Shown here one piece after another: positions 36,396 to 48,749 of a stretch of 49,231 bases of DNA; the stretch's first letter is position 1; each line of letters opens with the position of its first letter. This DNA comes from Klebsormidium nitens (lineage: Eukaryota > Plantae > Klebsormidiophyceae), in the NCBI GenBank assembly GCA_000708835.1, contig DF237581.1, positions 1 through 49,231 on the forward strand, in the 5' to 3' direction. A program made the translations under genes and the position numbers. Under the pieces are notes generated by a model. The model saw only the letters and a program-made list of their open reading frames with translations, made no database searches and was not told the DNA's origin.

Positions 36396-39300
36396 ATGGA
36401 AGCAGGAAGCTCTGGTCATGGGCCAGCCCATGATGCTGGCCTTGCGGAGGCACTCTTGTCGAGCCCCGAAGAACGTCATGCTTCTGCTGCTAGAAGCACA
36501 CTGGTCAATAATGTGAGCGTTCTCAAGCTGAACTCGTTCAGCGGCGATACGGAAGACGCTGGCCCCAACCTCTCGGACTCGTTGAGAGAGTCTTTGTCCA
36601 TTGCCTGGCAAAACCTGTGCAGCCAGCCCGTCGCCGTCCTAGGCAGTACACTTGAGTCATGGGTACCTTGCATCAGAACCCTCCGGAACTACTCCTTCCT
36701 AGATCTTCAGGGGGACTTCATAGCAGGGATGACAGTGGGAGTTATGCTGATTCCGCAAAGCATGGCCTACGGTAAGCAGGCCTGCCCATGCATTATGCCA
36801 TGATTGACATCTAAAGGGAGCTACAGCTGTTTGCGTCAAACTTACCATTGGGTCCCAAACTCTCCGAGCATGGTTCCTGTTTTCGAACCGTCCGATACCT
36901 TCCCCGTCGTCGATCGGACGGTCCAAGATCAGAGATCTTTGCAGAATCATTGGAACCCGATGGCAGGTTTGATGCAAATAGCTGTAGTCAATGGTGCCCC
37001 TTTTCTTGCGCTTATCTCTTCTACAATGTTCCTACATTCTAGCAGTTATTTCCCCCCCCAATCTACGAGTGGCACAATCTAAACTGCTACCTGTCTTTTG
37101 CAGCTCGCATTGCGGGGCTGGAGACCGTCTATGGCTTGTATGCTGGCCTGGCCCCCAGTTTCGCGTATGCCGTCTTTGGCAGCTCACGACAGTTGGCAGT
37201 TGGACCGGTGGCGTTGGTGTCGCTCCTCGTTTCACATTCACTAAGAGACTACATAGACCCAGAGTCCCCCGACCCTGCTTTGAAGAAGCTATATGCAGAG
37301 CTGGCAATACTGCTCTCTCTACTAGTTGGCCTAATCAAGGTGAGCGCGGTTGCTGCGGACAATCTGTGAGGTACGATAGGGTGAAATCATGCTTTCCAAT
37401 TTCTTTATTGGGGTCTGCATTGGGCAACCGCCGAAACATGAAGGGAGAAAGTTTTAGCCTACAAGCCAAGGGACTTGTCACTGCAAGGAGGTGCTGTGCA
37501 TTCGATTCAAAATGCACTTCGAATCATTTGTGCATCCTTTCCCTTGCATCTGACCTGATCTGGCAGGGTAGATTCAAGATTTCTTGGGCCTAAATGTGCC
37601 CTGGTTCGCCCCGTTGTCTTGGGTCCACATATCTTGGGGGTCAGGCTCTTCGTGCCCTCCACATAGTCCTTCCTGTCTAACAGATTCTCTCATACTTGTC
37701 ATACTCGGAAAGACATCGTGCTTTTCAGCAGCTCCTGACACATTTCCCCACTGCCTCCAGATCCTGTTTGGCCTCCTGCGTATGGGCTGGATCGTGCGCT
37801 TCCTGAGCCACCCGGTGGTCTCCGGCTTCACGACCGGCGCGGCCATCATCATTGGCTTGAGCCAGGTGCGCTACTGGATGGGCCTGCGCTTCCCCGCCAG
37901 CGACCGCCTCCACGTCATACTGCGCAACATCTACGTCAACCTGGGGCACACGCACTGGCCCGAGGCGATCATGGGGGTCGCCGCGCTCCTGTTCCTGCTC
38001 ATCATGAAACACCTCGGAAAGTCGTTCAAGGGCCTGCACTTCTTACGGGTCCTCGGGCCTCTCGCTGCAGTCATCGTCGGGACGCTCTTTGCGTGGCTGA
38101 CACAGGCTGACGTGCGCGTGATCGGTCACATTCCCAAGGGGCTCCCCGGGTTTGCGCCCTCCTGGAACCACCTAGAGTACGTGCAGCGGCTAGCCCTGCC
38201 CGCGTTAGTCATTGTCGGCGTCGGCTGCATCGAATCGGTCAGTATCGCGAAAGCGCTCGCTGCCCGGCACCATTACGACCTCGACGCGAACCAGGAGTTG
38301 GTCGGGCTGGGGCTCGCAAACCTGATTGGGTCGGTGTTTTACGCGTACCCGGCCTACGGCTCGTTCACGCGGTCTTCGGTGAACAACGACACGGGGGCGC
38401 GCACGTCGATGGCGGGCGTGTTCAGCGCGGTGCTGGTTGTGGTGGTGATCAAGTACCTGACGCACCTGCTGTATTACCTGCCCATGAACATCCTGGCGTC
38501 CATCGTCATGTCAAGCGTCATAGGCCTGCTCGATTACCCGGAGGCGCTCTTCCTGCTCAAGGTCAACGGCAAGGTGCGGCAGCCATTTAAGTCTTCCAAC
38601 TCTTTATAAGTCCCCTATCTTCGTCTCCTCGGCCAGGCCAGTTCGTCCTTCCCAGTATGTGTTTCTTGCTATACCCACTACGGGGCAGCCTACGACGGCT
38701 GTTGACGGTGAAAGGAAACAGGATGAAAAGATTGGGCAACGAAGCTCGAGTAACCCCTTTTAGAAAGGCGCAATGCAATGACTTGGGCACAAGAGTTAAA
38801 TGTTGCTTGTACACTTGAACAAGTCGATGTAAGTGCCTTCTCCGTTCCCGGTTACACGTCAAGCTCTTAGGGACGATTGATCGAACCACAGAAGACGCTC
38901 GTCTTTATCTTCGCAAGTTTTGCTGCTCGAAACCCCAGTCTTATTTGAACCCTCCTTCCGTTGCACCTTATCATCACCCCCGCCTCGGCCCTGCAGGACT
39001 TCTTGCTGTGGATGCTCGCGTTCCTAGGCACGCTCTTCTTCGGCGTCGAGACCGGCGTCGTGGTGTCAGTCATTTTGTCGCTGGCCTTCGTGGTCAACGA
39101 GTCGGCCAACCCGCACACTGCGGTCCTGGGGCGGCTCCCCGGGACGACCGTGTACCGCAACCTGCAGCAGTACCCTGACGCGATCACGACGGAGGGAGTC
39201 GTCATCGTCCGTATCGATGCCCCCATCTACTTCGCCAACGTGCCTTTCATCAAGGACACGCTGAGGTGAGCATGGGGAGGCTTTGCGCAATTGACTTACC

Positions 39301-41160
39301 ACGTTGTAGAACAAACGTGTAGCAAGGCTGCGGATGCTGATCAAGGGTTCTGCACAGCCTGGAGCCGTCCGACAGACTGCTGCTGATCCTCGTGGAAGTG
39401 TGGAGGAAGCCACGGCTGCTGTGGAGAGTAGGTTGTATAGTCCTAGAATAAGAGCGACCGGTGCTTGTCAGGCCTCAGGTGTTCGAGGCGCTCGATGGTG
39501 CCTTTCGACTCAACAGAGCTTGATGAAGCGTGCAAGCGTTTTCAAGCGGTTGCCGCATGATTGCTCAGCAGCAGCCATCGTGCCACCTTTTTCCTCCAGT
39601 CCACTATACCTCATTTCACTTCCACGCGTACAAGATCTTGCAAGAGTGCCCTGGGCATTGGGATTGGAGCAAAGTCGTGAGCACATGTTCCCCAGAATGG
39701 TAAGAACACTCCCTTCGAAATTCTGCTTGCAAAAAGAAGATCAAGTCTTAAAGCAAGTCTTCGACGTTCGCGACCGGGTGTGAGATTGGCGCGCTCTTGG
39801 CTGCAGGCGGCACGAGAGCCTGGGGTCGGGGTCGGAGGAGCTCCGGTTCGTGATCCTGGAGATGACGCCCGTCAGCTCGATCGACTCCACTGGCTGCCAT
39901 GCGCTAGTCACCATCTATACTGAGTACATGTGAGGCCCCGCGGGATGCCCGGAGAATGTGCGCACAATTTGCCGAGTCCTTTCGCTCCATTGTCATTCCA
40001 CCAAGTGAAAAAGAAAAGGGTGGAAACGATGCCGAGGGCTGAGGAAGCGACGGGGCGGACAAGAAGTCTGCTGCGGTTACTCACCGTCTTCCTATCCAGT
40101 ATGACCGCAAGGTTCAGTGTTTGCAGGACCTTAACCTTGTGCGGCGGTACGGGTTGAGTTCGAGGGGCTCGTTCTTTTTCTCGTATCGCTGCCGTCCATG
40201 TTCGAGCACCGCAAAGTGTAAAAATCTTGAACCCGGATCTTGACGTCATTATATACTGAAGCTAAAGACTGCTAGAGGCCAGCCCTGACTCGACTTCCGC
40301 TTTTTTGCAGGACACGTGGCATCCAGCTGGTGTTGGTGAACCCCAACCGGGTGGTCCTCGAGACGCTGACGCGAGCCAGCATCCCCGATCTCATCGGGCG
40401 CCAATGGTTCTTCGTGCGCGTTTACGATGCCGTACAGGTAAAGCATTACGTGGCCGCATTCAATCGTGCTAAGCTGTCTCGAACGAGGTTCCAAGAATGA
40501 TACAATGGAGCTGCCAATATCCCTTGGCAGCCTGTTTCATCGGCGACCACTCGTTGACTTCCGGAGTCGCTGTCGGAACCCTGACGTGTCTGCGGAATGC
40601 ATTTTTCTTAGCAACTATTTGGTTGCAAACCATTTCCGACTCGGTTCACGACTCGGTTCACGTATTTCTCAAAAGGTTCCCTGTTTTTGCTAACGGCTTG
40701 ACACATCCGCATCTTTGTCAACACGAGGTCGCACTGGTTTGCTCACTCCCTTTGACATCTAGACGCTCAAAAAGTTTGAAAAAACGCTTAAGTAGGACCG
40801 CCCCTTGGCCACTTTCAGGTGTGCGTCGCTGAGATGAAATCTCCGAGACCCGGGTCTGGCGGCAGCAGCCCTGGCCAGTACAGCCCGCCCCCCGCCATTG
40901 CCGAGGCGACCGTCCCTGACCTGGAAGAGGGGTCGATGTCGCCCTCCGCTCTCGGGGCCGACTTCATTTCGCCGTACATTCTTTCTCAAGACAATGCCTC
41001 CCGATCGGCGGTCCGGCACCTGAGCATTCCGCGGCCGAAGAAACGGAAAGCGGAGCTCCTGAGGACCGGCTCGTTTCCTGCCCCCGGCACCTCTGGTGCA
41101 CCCTCGTCCCCCAAGCGACATCCGCACTCCGGGTGCCTGTACCGAGGTTCCATCTTCTGA
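36396..41160 (+). CDS. SULTR4: SulP/SLC26 sulfate transporter with STAS domain, group-4-like, about 761 aa, 7 exons
   Basis: Exons 36396-36771, 37104-37339, 37761-38573, 38997-39265, 39807-39929, 40311-40437 and 40819-41160 (2286 nt). Motifs: DFIAGMTVGVMLIPQSMAYA, FGSSRQLAVGPVA, FLSHPVVSGFTTG, GSFTRSSVN, ESANPHTAVLGRLPGTTVYRN and IVRIDAPIYFAN. Confidence 0.92.
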
Positions 41161-42333
41161 CGCGCCGCAGCGTTTAGAAAGGGGTTGCAGTCTAGAAAAC
41201 GCTTCGCTTGGTCACAAACTGTTCGGACTCAGAGTGCTCCGGGTATTCGCCCGGATTGTGCGGGCATCAAAAAGTGGTAGCATGCTGTAGCTTGTAGGAC
41301 AAACTGCCTGCTTGAAACAGCGGCTCTAGCTAGGGCTTTACCGTCACCTGGATTGCGCAGCGCAGCTGGATAGTTTTGATTGAGATTGATACGACCCTGG
41401 CAATACCGTACAAGCGCCGACTGTCCTAGTCACAACATAATCAGGCCGGGGGTACGTCGTCGAAGAATAACGTTCAGATGGTTAGCGCGGCCTGAAGGCG
41501 GCTGTAGGGACCTCATCACGGTGTCATGCGGACGACGCGGTAGAATAAATTATGGCCAGGAACAAATGTGCAAATGGATTTCGACGCACGAGCCTGACAT
41601 TATTGGGGCAAAGCTCCATTCGCGGCCATTCAATGTTCCCTCGATTCAGGTGATGCAATTTTATCCCTCCCTTATGCAATTACTTACGGTAGCCGGGATG
41701 CAAGGCGCTCTCCAAGATGCACCGCGCACCAGATCGATATATTCAGTCACGCGCGGACTCAGTCGTTTACAGTTGCATAGTTTCTAAGTAATCATATGCG
41801 GCTAAAATTCCGTTGCGTGACATGCCAGCTAGTCAGACGTACAGAGCCTGCAGCTCTTCCACGTAGTTTTTGAGCTAGCTCATGCAGTTTGCATCATCAC
41901 CGATCGAGTCAATCGCTAGAGGCTACCGCGCCAAAACCCCATCATTACAAGTGCGCTGGCATCAATGTTGCGCTGCAACTGATATACGCGGCGGCTGTCA
42001 ATGTACCTTAAAGTTTCAAAGATCATAGATAGCATGCTCGAATTGCCGAATTTCATGTAGAACCATAAAAGTGCGGCTCATTCATCGAATAAGATCACAT
42101 GTGTGCGTGTCCAGAAAATGCAGGTCGTTGCCCGAGCCATGGCACGGCAGCTTGCATACATCCGTGGCAAACTCCAGCGGGGTGAACGCCCCCTTATTTA
42201 GTAGACCGGACAAACTACAACATAGTTCGATGGTTGACCCTAAACTTCCGGCTAGGAACCAGCAACTAGCACAAAAGCATTGCTGAACAGATGAGCAAGG
42301 GATCTTGGAGAACGGCCGACGCAAGTTTGTGAG

Positions 42334-42696
42334 TTGCAAAACGATGATTTAATCAGGATCCCAGCCGCAGAACGTGCGCTCCTCTTTCACCACTCCGCAC
42401 AAGACGCAATGTCGATGCTGGCAGAGCAAAAGCGCAAGGAGGCCGATCGGGAAGAGGAATACGCAAAAGACCTGCGGAAAGAGTTGGAAGTTCAAGGGCC
42501 ACAAGTAGCGGAGTTTCGTATCGAAGCAACGGCGAAGGTACGATTGGGCAGTCAGATGATGAACGGGTATCTTGGTACAATTGTACTTTATGACGAGGTC
42601 GTGGGAAGATTTGAGCTCCCCGTGACAGCTTACCCAGGCGATGGGGTCGGGGACCGGGCGGCTCCAGACGTGCTCGTGGGGCGGAAGGGGCTGTAA
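42334..42696 (+). CDS. Putative small unknown protein or terminal exon: charged helix followed by a beta-rich segment ending PDVLVGRKGL
   Basis: Strongly coding-like composition (EQKRKEADREEEYAKDLRKELE). The 5' end is unresolved; possible upstream coding exons lie near 42118-42181 and 42290-42328. Confidence 0.4.
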   Translation: MQNDDLIRIPAAERALLFHHSAQDAMSMLAEQKRKEADREEEYAKDLRKELEVQGPQVAEFRIEATAKVRLGSQMMNGYLGTIVLYDEVVGRFELPVTAYPGDGVGDRAAPDVLVGRKGL

Positions 42697-45572
42697 GATC
42701 ACCCCTCCAGCTGAAGAAAGATAAGAGGATTCTCATCAGATTGGTCTTGCCTGGCAAAATGAAGTTCGCTTGGTTTACCACAGTCATGCATCGGGCACGT
42801 TGCAGTCGATCTCAGCGCCAGCGGATGAATGAGAGCAAACAATTCATCAAGATTGGCCATATTGGTTTCAGATTTGTCCGCCGTAAACAGGCGTGTATTC
42901 GTGTAGCACGATTGCAGCCTCGCTTCGTGAGCTCAGAGAGACGCTGGACTGAATTGCTGTATGCCACCGAGGTTCCTGCCAATATTCTCAAATCCGTTTT
43001 TCCCAGCAAGAAAGATCCAAAAAACCTTACGCTGCAAACAATCAAACCGCAGAGGTCTGTAGTTGCGCTGTGAAATAACGCATGTTCATTGCACAGAGAC
43101 GTGTCGCAGTCAGCAATCTCCTACCCACCTACGTCGAGGAACACAATTTACAAAATCGACAGAGAAGACCTACTTGGAAACGAGTTGCAAGTTTGTCTGC
43201 GCTTACGGACAGCATCGGCGACAACGGGGGCAGGGGGTGGCTCTGGCGGCTGCCCCTTTAGAGCACCCTTTTTGCGCTCATCATGCTTGTCTTCGGACTG
43301 CTTCTTGGCAGGCTTAGGTTCGTCTTCCTTCAAATTGGAGGGTCTAGATGGGATCTGCACTGGACGAAACAATATCGAGTGAGCGGTAGTTTGAGAGGTG
43401 GTTCTGAGGACGGCAAACCGCGCTTTGAATTCTCGGCTGCCTTAACAATCAATTAACGGCTTCCGAAGATTGTTGTGACTTAGTGCGGGGCCGCTTTTGC
43501 AATCTCGACTGTAAGTCAGCTCCCCTTCCAAGGAACTTTGCGCTGAACACAGGCTGACCGGTTTTTATTTGAAATGTAAGCAATAACCGCGAAGACTGAT
43601 GCGATATTTAATGGTGGTTTGATCAGATCCTGCGGATGGTCTGAGGCCACCGTTCCAGTCATCAGATTCAACGCACTGGCCTTTCATTGATTCCAGCACG
43701 TAAAACAGGGCCCGGCCCCCTTCAATACAGGCAATATGGCACGAATATGATCGAGAAGCAGACACATATCCGCAAGTGAAAGCTTCACAGGACCATATGT
43801 GCGAAATGAATAGACACCGGGCCAGTTTGACCACAGGTACCACTGCCAATGATGCTTTGAGATGACAGTCGAATTAGAACTGGCGCCCTTTCGCCTCCGA
43901 CTTCATACGAGCTCACCTCGATGGCAACCTCCCCTGTTGGACTGCCAGCCGAATGCGTCATGGCAGCACCCTCTCATAGAACCAGTCGATACGCTGGATG
44001 ATTCGAACGGGCAGCGAGATGAGCTGCACCAAAAGGGCGAAGCGGGTCAACGAAAAAAGAATCTAACTCGAACTTGAGGTCTTCTTTCATACTAATGCAA
44101 GCACGGGGTGTCCGAGCGGGCTTCCTACTGTGCGATCAGCGACAGTTTCAAATTATCTGCTCAGGTGAGCTTCAAACATCCGGTGATCTCATAATCCTAA
44201 CAGAACCACGCACTGCTACAGGTTTCACAGTCTTTTACTTTACCCGAAGCTCCAGCAAATCTCTGTGGATCGTAATAGCAACCTTGTTTTTGCAAACTGG
44301 CGCAAGAGAATGAGGCCTTGCTTCAGTCCAGCAAATGCTGCACGTGCTTTAAGAATCCGTGACATCTTTGGGCGACCACCGCCAGAGGCATTACTCCAAA
44401 ACTCGTCGGTGGTTACGCTGTCTAGATTCGCTATTTTTTCAGAAGTCCTCATCCGTTTCTTGAGTTCTTGCCTGGGTACAGTCGGATCCACACCAGATTG
44501 CTTAGGGCCCTCGCTCGTGAATCCGAGTCATCTGCTTCTTAGCAAAGCTGCGGGTGAGCTACTCTACCGCGCCCGGGTGCCTCTAGGCGATAATCTTGGC
44601 GAAGGTCATCAGGAAGATGTTGAGCTAATGGCTCTTAAGTTCGAAGTGCATGGACGCCTTCTCTTGCTTGTTGACGGCCCAGTGCGCAAGAGAACACCCA
44701 GTGATACAAAGACAAGACAGGGTCAAAATGCTGGAACAACAGCCAAAGCCATGCTGTGGCGCCTTTGCGAAGCTACGGTTCAATTCACTCCTTCTAGTCT
44801 GCGAAGACCCAGCTTGGAAGCGATCTGACAGAATATACACGAAGGCGATCAGCGCAACGGAAGCGATGTGCCCCAGTGCTCAAAATGCACATCACGTGGC
44901 AGCAATCATGCATGCTTTGCATGCTCGAACAGTGCCCACATGTATCCGAACAGTTTGGACGTGACGTCGCCGACATCATGTTAAGCTTGGGCCTGGGTAA
45001 GGCCCCGGATTCGTCGGTAGACTGCCGCAATACGCTCTTTTTGCAGCCACAACGTACTTTGCGGCTGTTCGAAAATCAATGTCTTCAAATCGAACAGAAA
45101 GCTTCAACGAGTGAGCACGTTGATCTATCAAAACGTATTCACTGCGCCTGACATGGTTCGATCGTGGCGCTAGCAATACGAGCCTACTTGGGCAGGTGCT
45201 TGATCGGGAGCAATCCAGCCCAAAAACTACGCTGGTGCAAGCAACATCTGTAATCATATATAATGAACGTTGCAACATGGTCGCGGTAGATCATGTCCAG
45301 AAGGCAGAGCTAGGTCCACCAGCTCCCCCTTCCGCGCTTCAACGTATCCACACGTCAGATCGTGCTCGACGGTAGTCTGACTTGAGTCATCAATCCGTAC
45401 ACCATGAATGCATTGATTGAGCCACACAGAGCTTCCGACCACGTCGGAACTATGGACGCCGGCCACAACGCTGGATTGAGGAGAACGGCAGCACGTTCAC
45501 TGAGCCACGACCAATATACGAAATCAGTCGATCAGATGTATCAGGGCACCATGATGCACTTGATTCGTGCAT

Positions 45573-48351
45573 TTACAACTGAATCTTCATGAACCTATTT
45601 CTCTGTTTCCGTCGCTGCTTTGAGGCGCTTGCTCTCCCAGCTTTACTGCGGCCTTGCACTGTGGTCCATTCACCGTCCACTTCTCCTGAGGCAACGGAAA
45701 GCGTTGCTTGGGTGCTAAAAGCTGACGGGCTCGCTTGCGAACTTTGCCCTAAGAGTGCGCTTGGCAGCCCACTGTGGGCTCTACCGTTGTGCTCGTCTCC
45801 TTCCTGCCCTCCTGATGTTTCGTTTGCAAGTCGCGTCAACTCTCCGGTAGCCTGCTCAATCTCCATCGCAGAGACTCCCACTTCGCTCGTGCTCAGACCC
45901 TCATCAACCGGCCTTGCTCCCCCCGTCTCCTGACGCTCAGCGTTTGCAGAAGGCCGACTCGGCGGCGTTGGAAGGGTCTGTACGGCCACTGCCCCTCGCA
46001 GCGTGCTGCGCCGAGTCTCGCCTCTCAAGATGACGGCGGTGGCTCTTTGTGATGTGGCAGCTTTTGCGTGAGCGAAATTGAGCCCGAGAAGGGTTGCGAG
46101 GTTGCGCACGTCGTATGGGTTGCGAAGGTCTGTCGTCTGGGATGCCCCGCTCGAGAGGATGATGTTCTTGCCACGTGTCATCTTTACAAGCGCCTGCGAA
46201 AACTCGAGAGCGGAAGATAGGTTACGGAAAGGTGCACCATACTGCCTCTCAGACATACCTTCGTACGCTTCAGAAGGTGTCCTACTTCGAACTTCTCCTT
46301 TAACGAGGGCGTCTAACCACGTGATACCGCGGCGGCCACTTCGCAACATAGTCTGCTCTCATATCGCCGAGAATTCGATCAAGTCGACCGGATTTAGCGA
46401 CCGAACTGCAGGCAGGCTAGCTATCTGGTCGCCGAGGTGTTACGGGTCACAGGACGCCCCCTTTGAGAGCCCTGTTTATTACATGCCCGGAGGTCGATCA
46501 ATATCCTGAATAATGTGCATTTTCATCAGGACCTTCATCAGCATCAGAGCGGTTTGCATTGACCGTCCTCTTGTGCAAGAGGAGCCTTATACAGTGCAGC
46601 CATCGGAGTTTTGTTACTTTCCTTGGGTCAAGACGAAAGGGGCAGGGGGAAAACAGGAGTCTGCGACAAGATGCGACCACGGTAGTGACCTCAGGTAGTG
46701 GTGCGGTCACCTGTGCATTAGTCAGCAGCTGCCGCCGACTCTGACCGTCTTGGAAGAGGCCGCTGTAGGATATCTCGAAGTGGAGACCCCTCTGCAGTGA
46801 ACAGGGACATGGAGAAGCTCTTGAAGTGATCATGTACCCAATGGACCTTCTGAGTTCCGTGAGAAAAGAAAGACCTTGTGACGAACATCCTCTGCCTCTT
46901 TGATGATCACAGAAAGCCACTTCACTTGTGAGGAGGTCAAATCCTGACATTCTGCTTCCTGCTTAAAATGCACATGCGCCCCAGGGACAGTAAAGTTAAC
47001 GAAGGCTTGGGGGCTCCAAAACCCCCAACAATGGCAGGGAAGCAAGATCTATTTCGTCTACTCACATCGTCAATAAGTCAAGTGACTTACATCGAGAGCC
47101 GCTCGGACATCCTGCTGGCGGAAGCGGAAGGAGCGCCTCGAGCCCAGACTGAGTGCAATGAGGTCGACCTCTAGCGACGTGCACGCTTGCATGAATGTGC
47201 GGGCGTTCGTCGGTTCCACCGCAACAATATCGTAACTTGCCAGCACTGGGTTGGCGCTGCTCTGCAAGGCCAAGCAATTACCGGGCATAAGTACTGAGTT
47301 AAGCTCTCTTGTGTTTGGAACTTCTCTACGGCACTGCTCAAAATCTGTTGTATGAGGATGGAGCCCTGCTTTTGCCGGCAGGGCATCATCGCGGTCAATG
47401 GTTTTGAGTTGAAAGTTCAGTCTCTACAAAGTACAGACTTTTTCAAGGCTGCGAGAGGTGCCCCTCGGTTCCCAAAAGTTGTTGAGACATGGTGAGCGCA
47501 GTCTTTTCTTACCAGAGAGCTTGCTTGCGAAGCATCTTCAATGACCATAGTGATTCTATTCAGCTGCTGGAACCCAGGGCCGGAGCGGTCTGCTCCGATG
47601 CTCTGTAGAAAGAGAAAAAGGCAAAGGCGCTGGGTTAAGAAAAAATCATCAACAGGGCGGCTCACAAGCTTCAAGGACTTTCTCTGATTCTTGTGCATGG
47701 TGGTGTGAAACAGGACTTGTAGGTCCACACGAGGGTGGTGCGAGTCCATGTCTCCAAGAACCACGGACATACAAAGCGATAATCCTGTGCGGAAGGGGGC
47801 TTCAAGCCATGCTGACAACTGTTCCCTTGTAAGGCTATGACCAGGTCTTCACCTGCAAGCTTCTGGCAGCACCCGCCACACCGGCAGCTGCGGCAATTGC
47901 AGACTCCAGCTTGACAGGCTGCGACTTGCATGTGTCATCACTCGTCATCATTCGCCCAGCAACAGTGTGATTGTGTGCCACACCGTCATAACCTGCACAA
48001 AGGCTTCCGCGTCAAGAATTTAATCCAATCCGCTGCTCACAAGGTTTTGGAAGCTGATCAGATTGACTAAGAGCTGCGTAACTACCAATTAGACTTTTAG
48101 GTGCATTTCATCATAAAGTGCATCATTCACTGGCGACAGCATTGTCTATCTCCTCATAATCAAAAGAACCATCATTTTATATCATAAACAACGGGGCTAC
48201 TGCAAAGTGCAAATGCAATCAGCTGCTTCTCTGCAGATGAGAAGAAGATCAAGGACAGGACTGCAATACCGGAACAGATAGCCTGTGCCACCATCGCCCT
48301 CCGCAGCAGCTCATTCTTGCCGTCGTTGGGAAGGTTGAGATCGAAGAACAT
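45573..48351 (-). CDS. RPP30: RNase P/MRP subunit p30 (PHP fold) with a low-complexity C-terminal extension, about 394 aa, 6 exons
   Basis: Exons 48270-48351, 47853-47992, 47513-47602, 47091-47261, 46711-46791 and 45573-46193 (1185 nt). Motifs: MFFDLNL, GYDGVAHN, QLNRITMVI, YDIVAVEP, VDLIAL, RGLHFEISYS and TRGKNIILSSGA..LRNPYDV. Confidence 0.88.
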
Positions 48352-48632
48352 CCTCCTGTTGAGCCTGCTCACCACGGAGCTGCTCCTGCGTGTTAGTGTG
48401 GACTTCTGCCGCCCCGACTTATTTCCTTGGACCCCTGCTGAAGTTGCTTCTTCAACAAGGGCATGAGGGCCCCTTCTGCATGCTGGCACCAGCCGCTGCA
48501 TTGTCGGTCATGCTCGCCGGAATCCGCAACGTCCGGACTCCGCTCCCTAATAGTTCCGTACGGGACAAGCCGGGAGCTGCGGCGCGCAAGCTCAGACTGC
48601 GCCGGCGGTGAGAATCATTTCAGTGAAGACCC

Positions 48633-48648
48633 GCGGCCCGCGGGCCGC
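48633..48648. promoter_or_regulatory. Perfect 16-bp palindrome about 280 bp upstream of the RPP30 ATG
   Basis: GCGGCCCGCGGGCCGC is its own reverse complement. The regulatory role is inferred from position only. Confidence 0.3.
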
Positions 48649-48685
48649 AAGTCAAGCCGCGTGTACGCATCATTTACAGGCAGGT

Positions 48686-48749
48686 GCAGGCTCCAGGTTC
48701 CCAAAAGTGTCAATCTTACGTGCAATCCCCGAGCACCTCAGTGCTCCCT
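48686..48749 (+). repeat. Dispersed repeat, copy B (homologous to the reverse complement of 111-173)
   Basis: Aligns by eye with copy A and shares the stem GAGCAC-N4-GTGCTC. Confidence 0.75.

Noticed and set aside
39334-39783. 149-aa ORF nested in SULTR4 intron 4, and a 122-aa ORF at 32349-32717
   Set aside because: No motifs or coding-like codon pattern. Lengths are compatible with chance at about 50% GC.
43570-45280. Minus-strand frame that looked like a pseudogene with C-to-T (RIP-like) stops and a GSGTCG kinase-like loop
   Set aside because: I counted about 13 stops in about 290 codons, essentially the random expectation (3/64 per codon). No further kinase motifs follow.
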